Positions 51,884 to 63,964 of a DNA stretch of 64,000 nucleotides are shown here, in pieces (the first letter of the stretch is position 1; each line of letters begins with the position of its first letter). The stretch comes from Tubiluchus corallicola. Taxonomy: Eukaryota > Animalia > Priapulida. The position numbers were made by a program, and so were the translations under genes. The DNA is taken from the NCBI GenBank assembly GCA_030141605.1, contig JAQGDQ010000324.1, positions 62,001-126,000 on the forward strand, read 5' to 3'. The notes beneath the pieces were generated by a model, which was given only the letters and a program-made list of their open reading frames with translations, did not search any database and was not told the DNA's origin.

Positions 51884-52439
51884 TAGTTATTGACACTTAA
51901 TGACTTTGAACACGTGCTAATGGAAATTTGAGTCCCTTACCTCACAATGTTTCTCCGCAGGGCTAAGAGCGCGTTCACACTAGCAAGTTTTCTGTCTGAC
52001 AGCAAGTGTGAACTGCTTTGCGAGTTACTATCGGCAAGTCATTGCAAACATTAATTGAACACGCTTCCGAATTGCTTGGCGAGAAAACTCCATAGCCTGA
52101 ATCCGTCTCCACAGTCAGTAACTAGTAACTATCTCGTTAATTTCTTCCAAGCACAAAAAACTCCTTTACTTACACTAAGAATAACACTGAAAATAACCAA
52201 ATAAATAAAAAATAACTAAAAATAACACCAGAAATATTCCTATTGAAATTTTGTATCGCCTACTTACCGCTTTATTGTGCCCAAACCTTGTATTAGCAGC
52301 AACGTTGTATAAAATTTGAATTCCCACAATGACCGTTAGGCGCAGTCATTTTGACAGTATAGGACGTTATAATATAAGTTTAAATAATATTGCGAAAAGT
52401 TTGAAAAAATAAGCAGAATTTTCGTAGCACACTGTTCAC

Positions 52440-53140
52440 TAATTAAGCAAAAGTATTCAGAAATCACTTAAAAATAATGTGTTTTATGGTGAGACAGTGG
52501 TGCACACTGGGAAGGTGAGTCAGTGATATGTTACCAGTTGGCGCGAACATTTAAATTACAAAGAATTCACTTTTCTAGTTACGTAGGTCTTTCAATCAGG
52601 TAAGCGTAATGCTAAGTAATATAACTTTGTGTGGAAAGTTTTTTGGGATCCTTTAAAGTATACCTTAAAATTACCTTTTCTTCCACTTTAACACTTCTGG
52701 ATTACATCTGACGGAAGAACTAACAGATAACAGGTACTTCTGTTACAGATACGGTAGTTGAGCACTACGGTTATCTGGCAAAATTGTTACGCCAGAATAA
52801 GTGGTGCTTTGCTGTTTTCAACAGCAGTTATAGTGTTACTAATAAGACAACTCTTCTGTTTAAATCCACATCCAGAAGCATTAAAGTGTGACAATTATTT
52901 TGCATATTATACGTTCACAAATGACTGTGTATAAAGAAACTTTCCAAGCGAAGTTACATTTCTTAGCATTACGCTTACCTGCTTGAAAGACTTACGTAAC
53001 TAGAAAAGTAAATTCTTGGTAATTTAAATGTTCGCGCCAACTGGTAACATATCACTGACTCACCTTCCCAGTGTGCAGCACTGACTTACCATGAAACACA
53101 TCATTCTTAAGAAATTTATAAATGATTTTGCTTAATTAGT
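52440..53140. repeat. Inverted pair of about 200-bp K1-MITE internal fragments
   Basis: About 52440-52645 is the reverse complement of about 52935-53140, including a long exact run CACACTGGGAAGGTGAGTCAGTGATATGTTACCAGTTGGCGCGAACATTTAAATTAC. Confidence 0.85.
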
Positions 53141-53258
53141 TAACACTGTACATATTGTAAAAAAGATTGCACAATATGTTAATATTAAATGAAATCGTGA
53201 AGTATCTATGGAGTTGACATCATTTTTAGCCTCATTCTAGTCCGAATAAACCTATTAA

Positions 53259-53788
53259 AGGAAAACCGGATGATTGTGTAAACACTGGTTCAGACTAAAG
53301 AATGCTCTAAAATATTGAAAACTGCAATAGGTTATTTTAAATGAAAGCTTCGATTAAATAATAATTACCTCGGATACTCAAATTTTGTTAAACTTTCAAA
53401 GCTAGGCGCGTCTCAGTGAATCTTCTAAGATTGGCAACGTGCGCGTGGCCGTCAAATAGAAGGCGGTACCGTGATAGCCATGATCGTGAACTGCTGTGTT
53501 AGCTTCATGACGTCATATGATGTAAAGCTCATTTTTCGTGACATCATGCGTTTGAGCAGTAACATCTATGCAAATCTGCATGAAGCGCAAAGGAAGACGC
53601 CTGCCATTGCACAAACTGTGGTTAGTTTCTGACGTAAGCAATAGCTGTGTTCGGTTGCCGTTAATTAACTTTCTAAGCTAATTATTCAAATATAAGGCAC
53701 AAATTGTTAACTTTCATAGGCAGGAAAATGTATGTTTTGGACAGTAAATTAAAATGAGATTGAGTCTAAACAATCGTCCGGTCTTCCT
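53259..53788. mobile_element. Kolobok-like MITE family K2
   Basis: TTAA|AGGAAAACCGGATGATTG...CAATCGTCCGGTCTTCCT|TTAA; matching right ends near 11782, 39281 and 48933. Confidence 0.8.
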
Positions 53789-55784
53789 TTAAGCATGGCT
53801 ATCTATCTAGCGTTAACTTATTAATTTAATTCATACAATACAAAGACGACTCAGTTTAATTCACATTAACTCAACTCTACTCACAATTTCACTATTCAAC
53901 ACAACTCATTTCTACTCAAAACTCAACAAAGCAAAAGCTATTAAATTACTTTATCTTGTCAATAATATCAATAATGTGCTTTTGGAGAATCAGTGGTGCA
54001 CACTGGGATGGTGCCGTTTTACCAGGTGGCGCGAATTATTAAGAATTTTCTCTTCCAATTACACAAATCTTTGAAATAGGTAAGTATAATGTTAAGTAAC
54101 ATAACTTTACATGTAAAGTCTTTTGGGATATACGTTAAAATTCCCTTAAGCTTAATCCAGCTTATCCTGTCACGACTCGAGTTTCAATTTAACAGCCTCA
54201 TTTTAACTTCGAATTCAGTTTTTGAATGTTAACATTGGTTAGGTCTGGCTGCTCAAAGTAGGTTATCGTTGGCGTACTTTAGACATCGGATTTCTCTGCT
54301 TCTACTGAAACACCAAAACATGCTCTGTCACAAAAACTTGACCCTGCCACATTTGGCACACACAGGCACTAAACTAACACAGCAGTCACTCAACAAAAAA
54401 GTGGTAACTACTTAGAGTGACATCACTTTAAACAGTTAAAGAGCAGAACACTGCCTAGTAGTTGGTGAAGGTGACATTTACGCAAGGTCAAAGGTGAAGG
54501 TCAAAGTAGCCTAATTCGTTGCTTTTACACAAACAAAGCTAATCAATTCACATCGGGTTACAAAACATGAAAAATTGTTCAATGTTATTACGCCAATCCT
54601 TAGAGTAGTTTGAGAAGATGTTTGAAATTTTTCATTTTTTAAATTTTTGACGCTGTGACATTTTCTGTCCACGGGGAGGATGACATGGGGGGGGGGGGCA
54701 GAGATATGGTGGCCCCCATCAGAATGTAAAAGGAAAGGTATTTATATAACAATTAACGGACAGCGTATATAGTACAGATGGTTGTTTTCAAAGTTATAAA
54801 ACTGACCTTATTTTACTTACTGGAAGTTGTTCGCTTATCACGATATTCGTGTAAATAGTTGTTAACACAATGTGCGGTACGTGCTCCTGCGAACATGCAC
54901 AATCTAAGTTATTGTTTGAAATGTTTTTATATCGTCCGTCTTTTTGCTTTATAAAATTAAATTGCGAATTCTTGCCATAGATTTGCAACTTTCTTTCTAT
55001 TAAGATCAAAATTAATATTCTGTTTTCGGAAAGTCAACCAGTTACATTTTTGTAGAATTAATTAAAAACGATTGTGGCTGTAACAAGTTTTGTTTTCATT
55101 GTTATAACAAGTACGTACTGAAAATGATAACAACAATGATACTAATTACAATGATGACTGGTTTAATTTATTATAGCAGCAGTACAAAATGTTATTTAAG
55201 GGAGGCTGTTAACTACCAATTGTTTAGTGAAAGATATCATTTTCCAAACGCATTAACGAACATACTGTGTACTAAAAAATCTTGAATAATGAGGTGACGT
55301 CTACATAATATTACTTGAGTTGCAGTACTTTGTACTCACATGCACATTGTATGCATTATTACAAAAATGCTGTTTCGATTGTTAATGGAAAGTCATTATT
55401 ACAACTGAATTACAACAGCATGATAATTACATGGCAAAACTATAGTTAATTTTTATACATAATGTTTGGTGCAGTTATTATTATGCCTGATGTAAATGAA
55501 AAATTTTCATAATCTATTCTCATTATCCTAACATATGTTATTGTAAACCTATAATTTTAATTTGTAATTTACTTATTGAAAGCTATCCTTTTTAACTTTG
55601 CGAACTGCATGGAACACTATGGAAACATTGTTCACATGCAGTTTTATTCATGTAGAAAAATCTACCTATCTATCTACAATTGCTGTAGATAAACAAGAGC
55701 CGAAAAATATGGAACGGTTGAAATATTTAAATACAGACAATCGAGCAAGGAGAAAACTATTGCAGAAAATATGGAGATTTTAGA

Positions 55785-56303
55785 TCACTTATTCAGGAAT
55801 TCAATAGGAATGGCTGTCGACTGTCCACTCGCCTCCAACGCAGGTGCTTTCAACGGTGCACGAATGGAAAGCACCCCTCCAGAAAGAGATGACTTCATTT
55901 CCTCCATGTCGACCTTATCGGGCAATGTAAATGCTCTGTGAAACTCCTTGTACATCTTCCCGTTTTCCCACTCTGCGTCGTGCTTGGCATCAACTCGCAG
56001 AGTTCTCCCGTCAGCTGTGATCCGAATCTCTTCCGGTTTGTACTGCCTCACGTCAAAACACATGTCCAGTGTCTTTCTACCCTGTTCGTCCGTGCCCTCC
56101 TTTGTAACCATGCCTTCTCTAAATCCTGAGCCGAAATATTCGTCCATTCCGCCAGCTCGAGCTCCTCTCAGACGAGTCATGGCGTCCATTTCGCCCAGAA
56201 CGTCTCTCTCAAAACGTCGCATGTCACGTTGAAATCTGTCCAAGGCATTGTTCATAGCAGTACTCCCGAACACATCAAAATCATAAAATGGAAAAAGAGA
56301 CAT
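55785..56303 (-). CDS. Small heat shock protein (HSP20/alpha-crystallin), 172 aa from first ATG
   Basis: FDVRQYKPEEI...VDAKH...KEFHRAFTLP...SSLSGGVLSIRAP and a C-terminal IPI motif. The track ORF starts at a TTG; the ATG is at 56303. Confidence 0.95.
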   Translation of the reverse strand: MSLFPFYDFDVFGSTAMNNALDRFQRDMRRFERDVLGEMDAMTRLRGARAGGMDEYFGSGFREGMVTKEGTDEQGRKTLDMCFDVRQYKPEEIRITADGRTLRVDAKHDAEWENGKMYKEFHRAFTLPDKVDMEEMKSSLSGGVLSIRAPLKAPALEASGQSTAIPIEFLNK

Positions 56304-56432
56304 AATGGTGATGTTGCTAACAGCCAAAATTGATCAAATCAAACTCATTAATTTCGCACTTTAACACTTTATTCGCCCCTAACAACTCAAAACTGTGACT
56401 GTCTGACTGCAAGAAACGCGAAGATGGCACAC

Positions 56433-56532
56433 TTTTTTATTCCATGGGAACATTCCAGAAAAATCTCGCACAACGTTTCATTCGTACGTGCTCTACGTGC
56501 AACATCCTGTGATATACGTTCTAGACGATTCT
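56433..56532 (-). promoter_or_regulatory. Heat-shock promoter of sHSP1
   Basis: Perfect HSE gGAAcaTTCcaGAAa (56447-56461), a second TTCtaGACgaTTC (56519-56531), TATA-like AATAAAAAA on the minus strand (56433-56441), two TACGTG (56485-56499). Confidence 0.8.
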
Positions 56533-56583
56533 CCATAGCGCATCCTACTCTAAGTTAGGAGACGACGTTCACCTTCCCGTATG

Positions 56584-56770
56584 TTCTATTCTATTCTATT
56601 CTATTCTATTCTATTCTATTCTATTCTATTCTATTCTATTCTATTCTATTCTATTCTATTCTATTCTATTCTATTGTATTCTATTCTATTCTATTCTATT
56701 CTATTCTATTCTCCACTCCGCTCCACTCCATTCCACTCCACTCCACTTCACTCCGTTCCACTCTATTTTA
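56584..56770. repeat. (TTCTA)n microsatellite grading into (CTCCA/TTCCA)n
   Basis: Seen directly, just upstream of the sHSP1 HSEs. Confidence 0.95.
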
Positions 56771-57429
56771 TTCTATTATATTTCGAAATGGGTTTTGGCT
56801 GCAGGAATTAACTCCAGGTGAACGTCAATGAAAGATATTGCAAAAAAGCTTCGAAAATAGATATCTTTTTTTATTATATTTTCAGTTTACACCTAAAGTT
56901 AACTAAAATATTAATTTCATTTGCAATGTCTACAGTAAGTTAATGAAAGGTAGTCACCAGGTGGTATCTATCAAGTATTGCCGACTACAGGAGGATCAAT
57001 AGCAGCATTCGAGTAAATTCTCGAACTGGAGTTTAACAATCCGTCGCTTCAACTGTATTAGTATTCCTTTCGAAGTCATTTACCTGAAACAAGCTATTAG
57101 GCACTAAAAATTTCAAAATTAGTAGGTGTGATAGTTTTATGCATAATGTGAGCGAATTTTTGCATGCATTTAGTTCCCGTTCGACAGATCAAGACTGAAT
57201 CACCTTCTAGTGGTTACAGGATATATTCCAGTAGTGCAATTTTACGAACAGCCGTTGTCCTGGAGACCTATGCTTTTACTACATGCTAAATTAATGCATG
57301 TTGGTGGCTTGTCAGTACATCTAATTAGTAGTTATCTGACATTAAATTGCTGCTGATACATGCGTATAAAACATACCTTTGTAGCACATTAGTTTGCATT
57401 TTGTTTTGTTGCCTTTTAAGCTGCTTTAA

Positions 57430-58096
57430 AGCACAAGAAAACCCTCCACTTACATAAAGCTGAAAAAATTCGTCTCGAAATTTTATACCACTTACATGCT
57501 ACCTTTTCGTATGCACGGCTTGCATCGGCCGTAAGGCTGTATAAAACGTGGAAATTTAAACTCCCGCGGTGACCGTTAGGCGCAGCCATTTTGAAGGTAG
57601 GTCGTTTGAAACAAGTTTTGATAATATTAAGTAAAGTTTGAAAAAATAATCAGAGCATTCGTAGTATACATGTTGCTAATCAAGTATAATTTTAAATTAC
57701 TGTATTTTGTCGATAAGATTAAAAATACGTTTTTGGCTAGTGAGTGGCACACCCTGGACGGTGAGTCAGTGACATTTTACCAATTGGCACAAACATTTTA
57801 AATCATTAGTCTAGTTACATAGGTCTTTCCAGCAGGTAAGTGGAATTCTAAATAAAATAAATTTGCACAGATAATTTAACATTGCCTTTTCCCTGATTTA
57901 CGTGGCGTAGTGACGTCATGTAATGGCGCTGTCGGAACAGTATTGCAGGAGATTTAAAATGTGAAAATGAATGAAAATTCCTTTCAACGCGAATACGATA
58001 TGTGCATAAAATTGCTGTAAAGTAGTATAATTTGTAGGTATTAATTACTTAAGGTGATTTTTCTGACACCTACTTCAGGTGCCCTTTTCTTGTCCT
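57430..58096. mobile_element. Kolobok-like MITE family K1
   Basis: TTAA|AGCACAAGAAAA...TTTTCTTGTCCT|TTAA. Confidence 0.85.
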
Positions 58097-59252
58097 TTAA
58101 TGTATTGTTGATTTGTCTTTCTACGCCTTATTATATTGCTTGTTGCTTCACCGAATTAGTAAATTTTATAATAATATGAAGCTTGTTGTTTAAGTAAGTT
58201 AAACTAGTGAAATTTTAATCGAAAAATAGTAACAAAGTTGTTTTTTTGTAAAAAAGAAACATTGATCTTGATTTTTGCTCAATATTGAATTTATTTAACA
58301 AGATTTGAAAAGTTACAACATTCATATATTAAACAGTGAATTGGAGAAAGACTTGGTAAGGTAAAAATGGTGACATAAATGCATGTAATGCTATGATCTG
58401 ATCTTTTGTTGTATTGTACAATAGGATCATCGTTTAGGTATCCCAAAAATATAGATATATGAGATACTAATAAAAAGTAACACGTTATTAAAGTCAAAAA
58501 TATGTCGATTTTTAATTACTAACATGATTTTATTATATAATATGATAACTCTAAAACATTAGTCTCTCGCAAGTTGCTAACAGCACTACTAAGTTAACTA
58601 AATTCAACAGTAATGTTTTATTAATAGGTGTGGCCGCTCTGGTGATCATTATGGTCTTTCGCCACCCCGTCTCAATGCAATTATAATGAACCGTAAGGAA
58701 TTAAAATTCATCTTCATGACATAAATAAACTAAACAGCAGTTTTACAAAATTATAACACAGCGGCATAACGAGGAATTACAAACGTAAATATTTGATTTT
58801 ACATTTTAGTTTACTATACAATTGTATAATTTCATAAATTATACACGTACATACACATTCTGTTACTGCATAAAGATAAACACAATAAAAATCTTATAGT
58901 ATAAAACCATCTCTTATACAATAGGCAATGGCAAATTGCAGGTATAGATATGTGCAAAAATCGATAAAGACGAATATTTCTAAGTTCGACTTAAATCACA
59001 TATTTGTGACTGAATCCATTTCCAAAACGTAACTGGGGCCTATATACTATCATAGACCTGAATACAATAAACGAATAATTACTTAAATTAAGATTAATTA
59101 AAAGCAAAATAAATAAATTTAACATAAAGTCCTAGTACGTAAATTAGTCGTGTTAGCATATACTGCTAAGCACATCAGATACTAAGTGTACTTATAGTGA
59201 ATCTTTCAACTTGAATAAATCATTACAAAATGCGGATAAACCGCATTAATTT

Positions 59253-60374
59253 TTAATTCTCCTGAGAATCTTGTAAGTGAACTCTTGGTCCAATTATCTT
59301 CAAAATTCCGTCTTCGTAGAGACGAGAAGAAATTCGGTCTACATTTACACTTTCTGGAATTGTGAATCTCCTATTCACTTCTGTGAAAAAGCTTCCGTGT
59401 TCGTCTTCCTGCTCTTTTCTGGCGTGTACCAATACGACGTTATCAGCAACCTTCACGCTCACGTCTTCAGGTTTGAATTCAGGCAACTTCACGGTGATGA
59501 TCCAGTCAGCATCCGACTGCTGCAAAATCGTCTCTTTCTCCTTTCCTGCTGCCTTTTCATCATCTTTAGATTCGACAGCAGCCTTGAGAAACTGTTGACA
59601 AACCTCGCTGTCCTCCTTACATGGAGTAACTAGCAGAGGAGACACGGGATCTTCTGGCAAAGTAGAAGTTTCTCTCTTGCTCGTGGAAGCCTCATTGGCA
59701 ACATCCTTCTCAGTAATATCAACTGGAGTCATTCTTTCAGGCTTGTTGATCTCCATTGAGATGTCAACGATTGGTATTTCCCGAGTATCATCCACATTGC
59801 TTTCTGTGTTCTCCATGGTACTTGCAGTTCCTTGATTTCTGTTGACTTTTCGCTCCAATGCTTTTGGTGCTTCTATGGTAAGCACGCCATCAGCCAAAGA
59901 CGACTTTAATGACTTTTCATCCACGCCATCTGGTATCTGAAGTTTTTGACTAATTTCTTTGACGAAATATCCCCTATGATTCCTGCATTCCTTTCGGGCA
60001 TGAACCTTGACCGCTCCTTTTTCTAGTCGAACTTTTATGTCATCAGGATGAACGTCTCCTACAGGCACGTGCACGGCAAATTTTGTAGAGGCATCAGTAA
60101 TAGTCTCTGCCGTATCCTTTAGCTGTTCTTTTTGTTGCTGATTTTCTTTCTTCTGCTTCTTGCCGTAGCTGACGCACGTACATGGCTTTCTCCGTTTTTC
60201 GTTGCCGTTGTCGTTTGGAAATCCAGCAGCTGGGCAACTTGGAAATCTGAGCATGTCCATGACGTTGTACTCCCGCCTTGGAGTTCGCCTCGGAACAAGG
60301 AAGTTCCATGCCATGTCTTCATCTAATGGAAGGATATCACGCTCAAAAACAGCTACTGGTACTTCAACTCGCAT
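59253..60374 (-). CDS. Small heat shock protein with two alpha-crystallin domains, 373 aa, intronless
   Basis: ACD1 KFAVHVPV...SSLADGVLTIEAPK and ACD2 DWIITVKLPEFKPEDVSVK...EVNRRFTIP...DGILKIIGPR, separated by an acidic linker containing EIPI. Confidence 0.93.
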   Translation of the reverse strand: MRVEVPVAVFERDILPLDEDMAWNFLVPRRTPRREYNVMDMLRFPSCPAAGFPNDNGNEKRRKPCTCVSYGKKQKKENQQQKEQLKDTAETITDASTKFAVHVPVGDVHPDDIKVRLEKGAVKVHARKECRNHRGYFVKEISQKLQIPDGVDEKSLKSSLADGVLTIEAPKALERKVNRNQGTASTMENTESNVDDTREIPIVDISMEINKPERMTPVDITEKDVANEASTSKRETSTLPEDPVSPLLVTPCKEDSEVCQQFLKAAVESKDDEKAAGKEKETILQQSDADWIITVKLPEFKPEDVSVKVADNVVLVHARKEQEDEHGSFFTEVNRRFTIPESVNVDRISSRLYEDGILKIIGPRVHLQDSQEN

Positions 60375-60611
60375 CTTGGAAACTGCCCAACTATGTTGAT
60401 CGAATAAATACTCGCAAAACTTCAGTAATTATCAAACTGTATAATAATTAACAATGTCACAGTAAATCAGACCTTTTAACTTTATAAAATCACTTTGTTT
60501 TCTAATAAAATACGAAGCTATATAAATACACTATAAGTAATGTTTGCTATACACCTCGTGAACACTCGTTTTCTCAGTGGCTATGTCTGGCATGCCCTGT
60601 TCCAGTAAACG

Positions 60612-60754
60612 CTTATATACAAGCAGCGTCGAATCTGCGGCATTCTCGAACATTCGATAATCTTCTGGATTGAGCCGGTACTGTCTGCTCAGATCTCGGC
60701 TACCCGAAGAGTGTAGCTGGGAACGGGGTAGACAATTCTAGAACGTTCCAGAAG
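60612..60754 (-). promoter_or_regulatory. Heat-shock promoter of two-domain sHSP
   Basis: TATATAAG on the minus strand (60612-60619); HSE TTCtcGAAcaTTCgaTAAtcTTC (60643-60665); HSE TTCtaGAAcgTTCcaGAA (60736-60753). Confidence 0.85.
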
Positions 60755-63112
60755 TGCTCAATCGAGCAAAGGTAGTGATTTGCGCAAGACGGGCGAAGAG
60801 TCACGTGCCAAACATCGCCTTCACCGCGTTATAAACTCCAGCATAATTTATTCGCAATTTTGACTCTGATTGGCTGAATCCTCGTCGCTCATCTTGCATG
60901 GATTAATTCGAAATCCTGCCGACGCGCCTTTGTGAATACTCTGCCCACTCATAATATTAGTAAAAATGAAACAGAACTCAAATTTTTTAAGAGCAAATCA
61001 GAAATTGTCGTTGTACATGTCGTTCTTGCAATAATTTTTACTAATTAAGTTATACATTCGTGATTTGTCCTATGATGTAGATTTTTGCTCATATTTTTAA
61101 AGTAGAAGTTATTTTATAATTTTATTAAGTCATTCTCACTGTACTGTACTTAATTAGTTTTTAACTGCAGCTGAATAGTTTTGACATAAGCTCTAAGACT
61201 TGCAGTTTGTAGTTGTGTTTTTAAAATCTTATACTGATTTATGCTGCACGATTTTCCGCACGCTAAACTGATGAAATCTAAACCTTTAATTCGTTTTTCA
61301 AATAGGCCATGACATAATTTATGTTAATTGGTACCAGAATTCCGACTTGCCATTTATAATGAAGAACTAATTATTGTTGTTTTCACAGCTGAAATACAAA
61401 CACACTTTTCGTCTTTTAAAGCAAGAAACACATCAGTTGGTACATAGAAGGATCTCACAAAAAGAATTTTTCTGCTTTTTTACTGATACAAATACATCTT
61501 TCCTCATCTTGAAAAATAATCGCTGACAACATGGCTGATAAAACGCCAATAAGCAGTTTTTCTGTTAGTAACCCATGAGTTTAATAGCTAGGCACAGTGC
61601 TGCTTAACTTTCGTTGTTAAGTACACATGGTGGTGGATTTCAGTCAGCTATTCTCCTTGTTCAAAACTGTTATTGCAGTTCAGTTATATATTTTTTAGTC
61701 TTTGCTTCTATGAGCTAAATTCTAAGTTATACACAGTATGGCAGACGAAGCTACTCAGAAACAATTTTCTTGGCCACCCATCCTTTTACTTACTAACCAG
61801 ACCTGACGCTGCTTTACCTGCAAATTCTTAGGTATTTTATTGCACCCAAATGACCAGCCGTTTATCGAAAGAAACAGATCGATCGCAAAAGGTAAAAATA
61901 ATTGACCAAATATCAATAATAATCTATTAAATTTTGAATAATATCAACACCACAACCAACAAGACCGAATTATTCAGATAAAAAATAAAAAAAACTTGGA
62001 ACTCTATATTCGTTAACAGATAATATAATTTATTAGTGTAAACATCACTTGCAGGAATGAGCTCATATAGAATAAATAAATAAATTCATAAATTTTGCTA
62101 CACATGTTACTCACGCAACAGCTGTTACAGTAATTTACACGTAATTTAAGTTACTATAAATACAAAATATCACTAATTTTGACAAAGAAAAGGTCACATT
62201 TGTTTCAGTATTAAAATGAATCACCTTACATGTATGAAATACTGAGTGGGCCACACTGTACGTTGGTTATATACAAAGTGTTAAGTCTTCGACATCCCTA
62301 CATAGTTTTTCGTTAACGTCGAGGTGTCGACATTCAAGCACATAAGCATTTGGGTTATACGTTCAAATCAGAGACATGGGAAGATTACTTTTTCCACGTC
62401 TCTGGTTCAAATAAACAGCAATTAATAGATAGTATTTACAAACTTTGATACATTACACTCAAACAATCATGGCAAAGATGTACTTTCATACAGGCAAAAT
62501 TTTCATTAACATTCAAAATGGCATACAAAGTGTCACTGTTGAAAATTTTACAGTTTAGAACTGCAGTACATATAATTTAATGAGTATTTTGTGCAAACTC
62601 TGAATGTTTCCATATTTTTATTATTATTATTTATTTTTTTACAAAAGATGATTATAAAATAACAAAAAACCATCACTTCTTGAACACGGTAGCAAACAAG
62701 TTTGATGTTACACCTAACGTGCATGCCCGAGCCATGGTAGCAAACAACTTCATTCTCGCATTAACAGATGGAGCTACATGCTTGGGAATATATACCAAAC
62801 CAAATTGCTTAAAGTACCCGTGTCACCATCTATTGAAATTGTCATCAAATTACTAGCAGTTAATGCAATTTTAATCTTATAATTTCAAGATAGCTGATTA
62901 GTAATTGAAAGAACTTACAATTAAAGAATTTTTTATGAATTCAGTATTTGTGAGTACGCTCCTTCATCAATAATAAACACAGGTATTCCTTTGAAAGACA
63001 TTTTTAGGTTGCATAATGTATATATTCAAAACCAAAGCTGCTGAATACAGAAAATCCACGAGAAAAACTGAAATATCACGCGAAAAATATTACTTAAAGG
63101 AAAAGTCAAGCC

Positions 63113-63425
63113 TTCTGGGAATATTCGCGAAAAGTACTAGAGGGATTTAGTAAGTGCGGTAAGTGTCTCATGTAATTAGTAAAATCACTTTAAAGTCGCA
63201 ATCATTTCACAGTTGGGCGCTGCCGCTTTTGAACGTCCATTCTTCTACCAATGACTCATTCGTGGACTGAAGGAAAGCAGCGCTCTGTAAACTTGTTTCA
63301 AACGTATAAGAAACGTTCACAAAAAATTAGACAGAATGCTACAAGTGACGTGCAGAAGTTTGACGAAAAGTCACGAAGCCACCAGTTATATCGTAATTTT
63401 CCTGTAAATGGCAACAGCCAATGAG
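63113..63425 (+). promoter_or_regulatory. Probable promoter with HSE, CCAAT boxes and AP-1/CRE-like sites
   Basis: gGAAtaTTCgcGAAa (63118-63132), CCAAT near 63248 and 63418, TGACTCA near 63252, TGACGTG near 63346; CpG-enriched. Confidence 0.6.
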
Positions 63426-63542
63426 CCTGTAAATCTCTGCGCAGCACTAGTATGAATAAACTTTGCTTTATAGAGAATTTTTTTGCAACTTTCTTCGCGT
63501 CAATTTTCTAAGTTTAAGTGATAACAGTAAAATAATCCCAAC

Positions 63543-63545
63543 ATG
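63543..63545 (+). CDS. Probable ATG-only first coding exon of an unidentified gene continuing beyond the right edge
   Basis: cccaacATG|gtaagt: good Kozak context followed directly by a perfect donor, downstream of a promoter-like region. Confidence 0.5.
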
Positions 63546-63599
63546 GTAAGTGACTTGCCCTTTCCTTTAACCTTAGATACTAGTAGTCTGGGTTACTAT

Positions 63600-63964
63600 T
63601 AGGGGTGACCATTCTCAACCAGAAAACTAATTCGAATCGAACCGAATTTCAATATTTCGAATCTGAATCGAATTCCAATTGAGTTTGAAAGATGTTCGAA
63701 CAAGTTTTCGAATCACTAGTAAAAAGTGGTCTTACAAAGATCATGCATATTACTTTATTTTGTTCTGCAGTAAAACCACTATTAGCTTGTTAAAAACTTT
63801 GCAGAGAAACTGTAGCTAAGTTCTGTAAATTGCATGCTATTTCAAACATTTTAATGGTCAAGAATATACGTGGCCAAAGTGCCGAATTATTCAAATCTAT
63901 AATTTTAGGTTCGAATTCGAAGTAAAAAAACTCGTTCGAATTGAACGTTCGATGCTCACCTCTA
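63600..63964. mobile_element. hAT-like MITE
   Basis: TAGGGGTGACCAT...ATGCTCACCTCTA termini; near-perfect TSD GTTACTAT/GCTACTAT. Confidence 0.75.
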
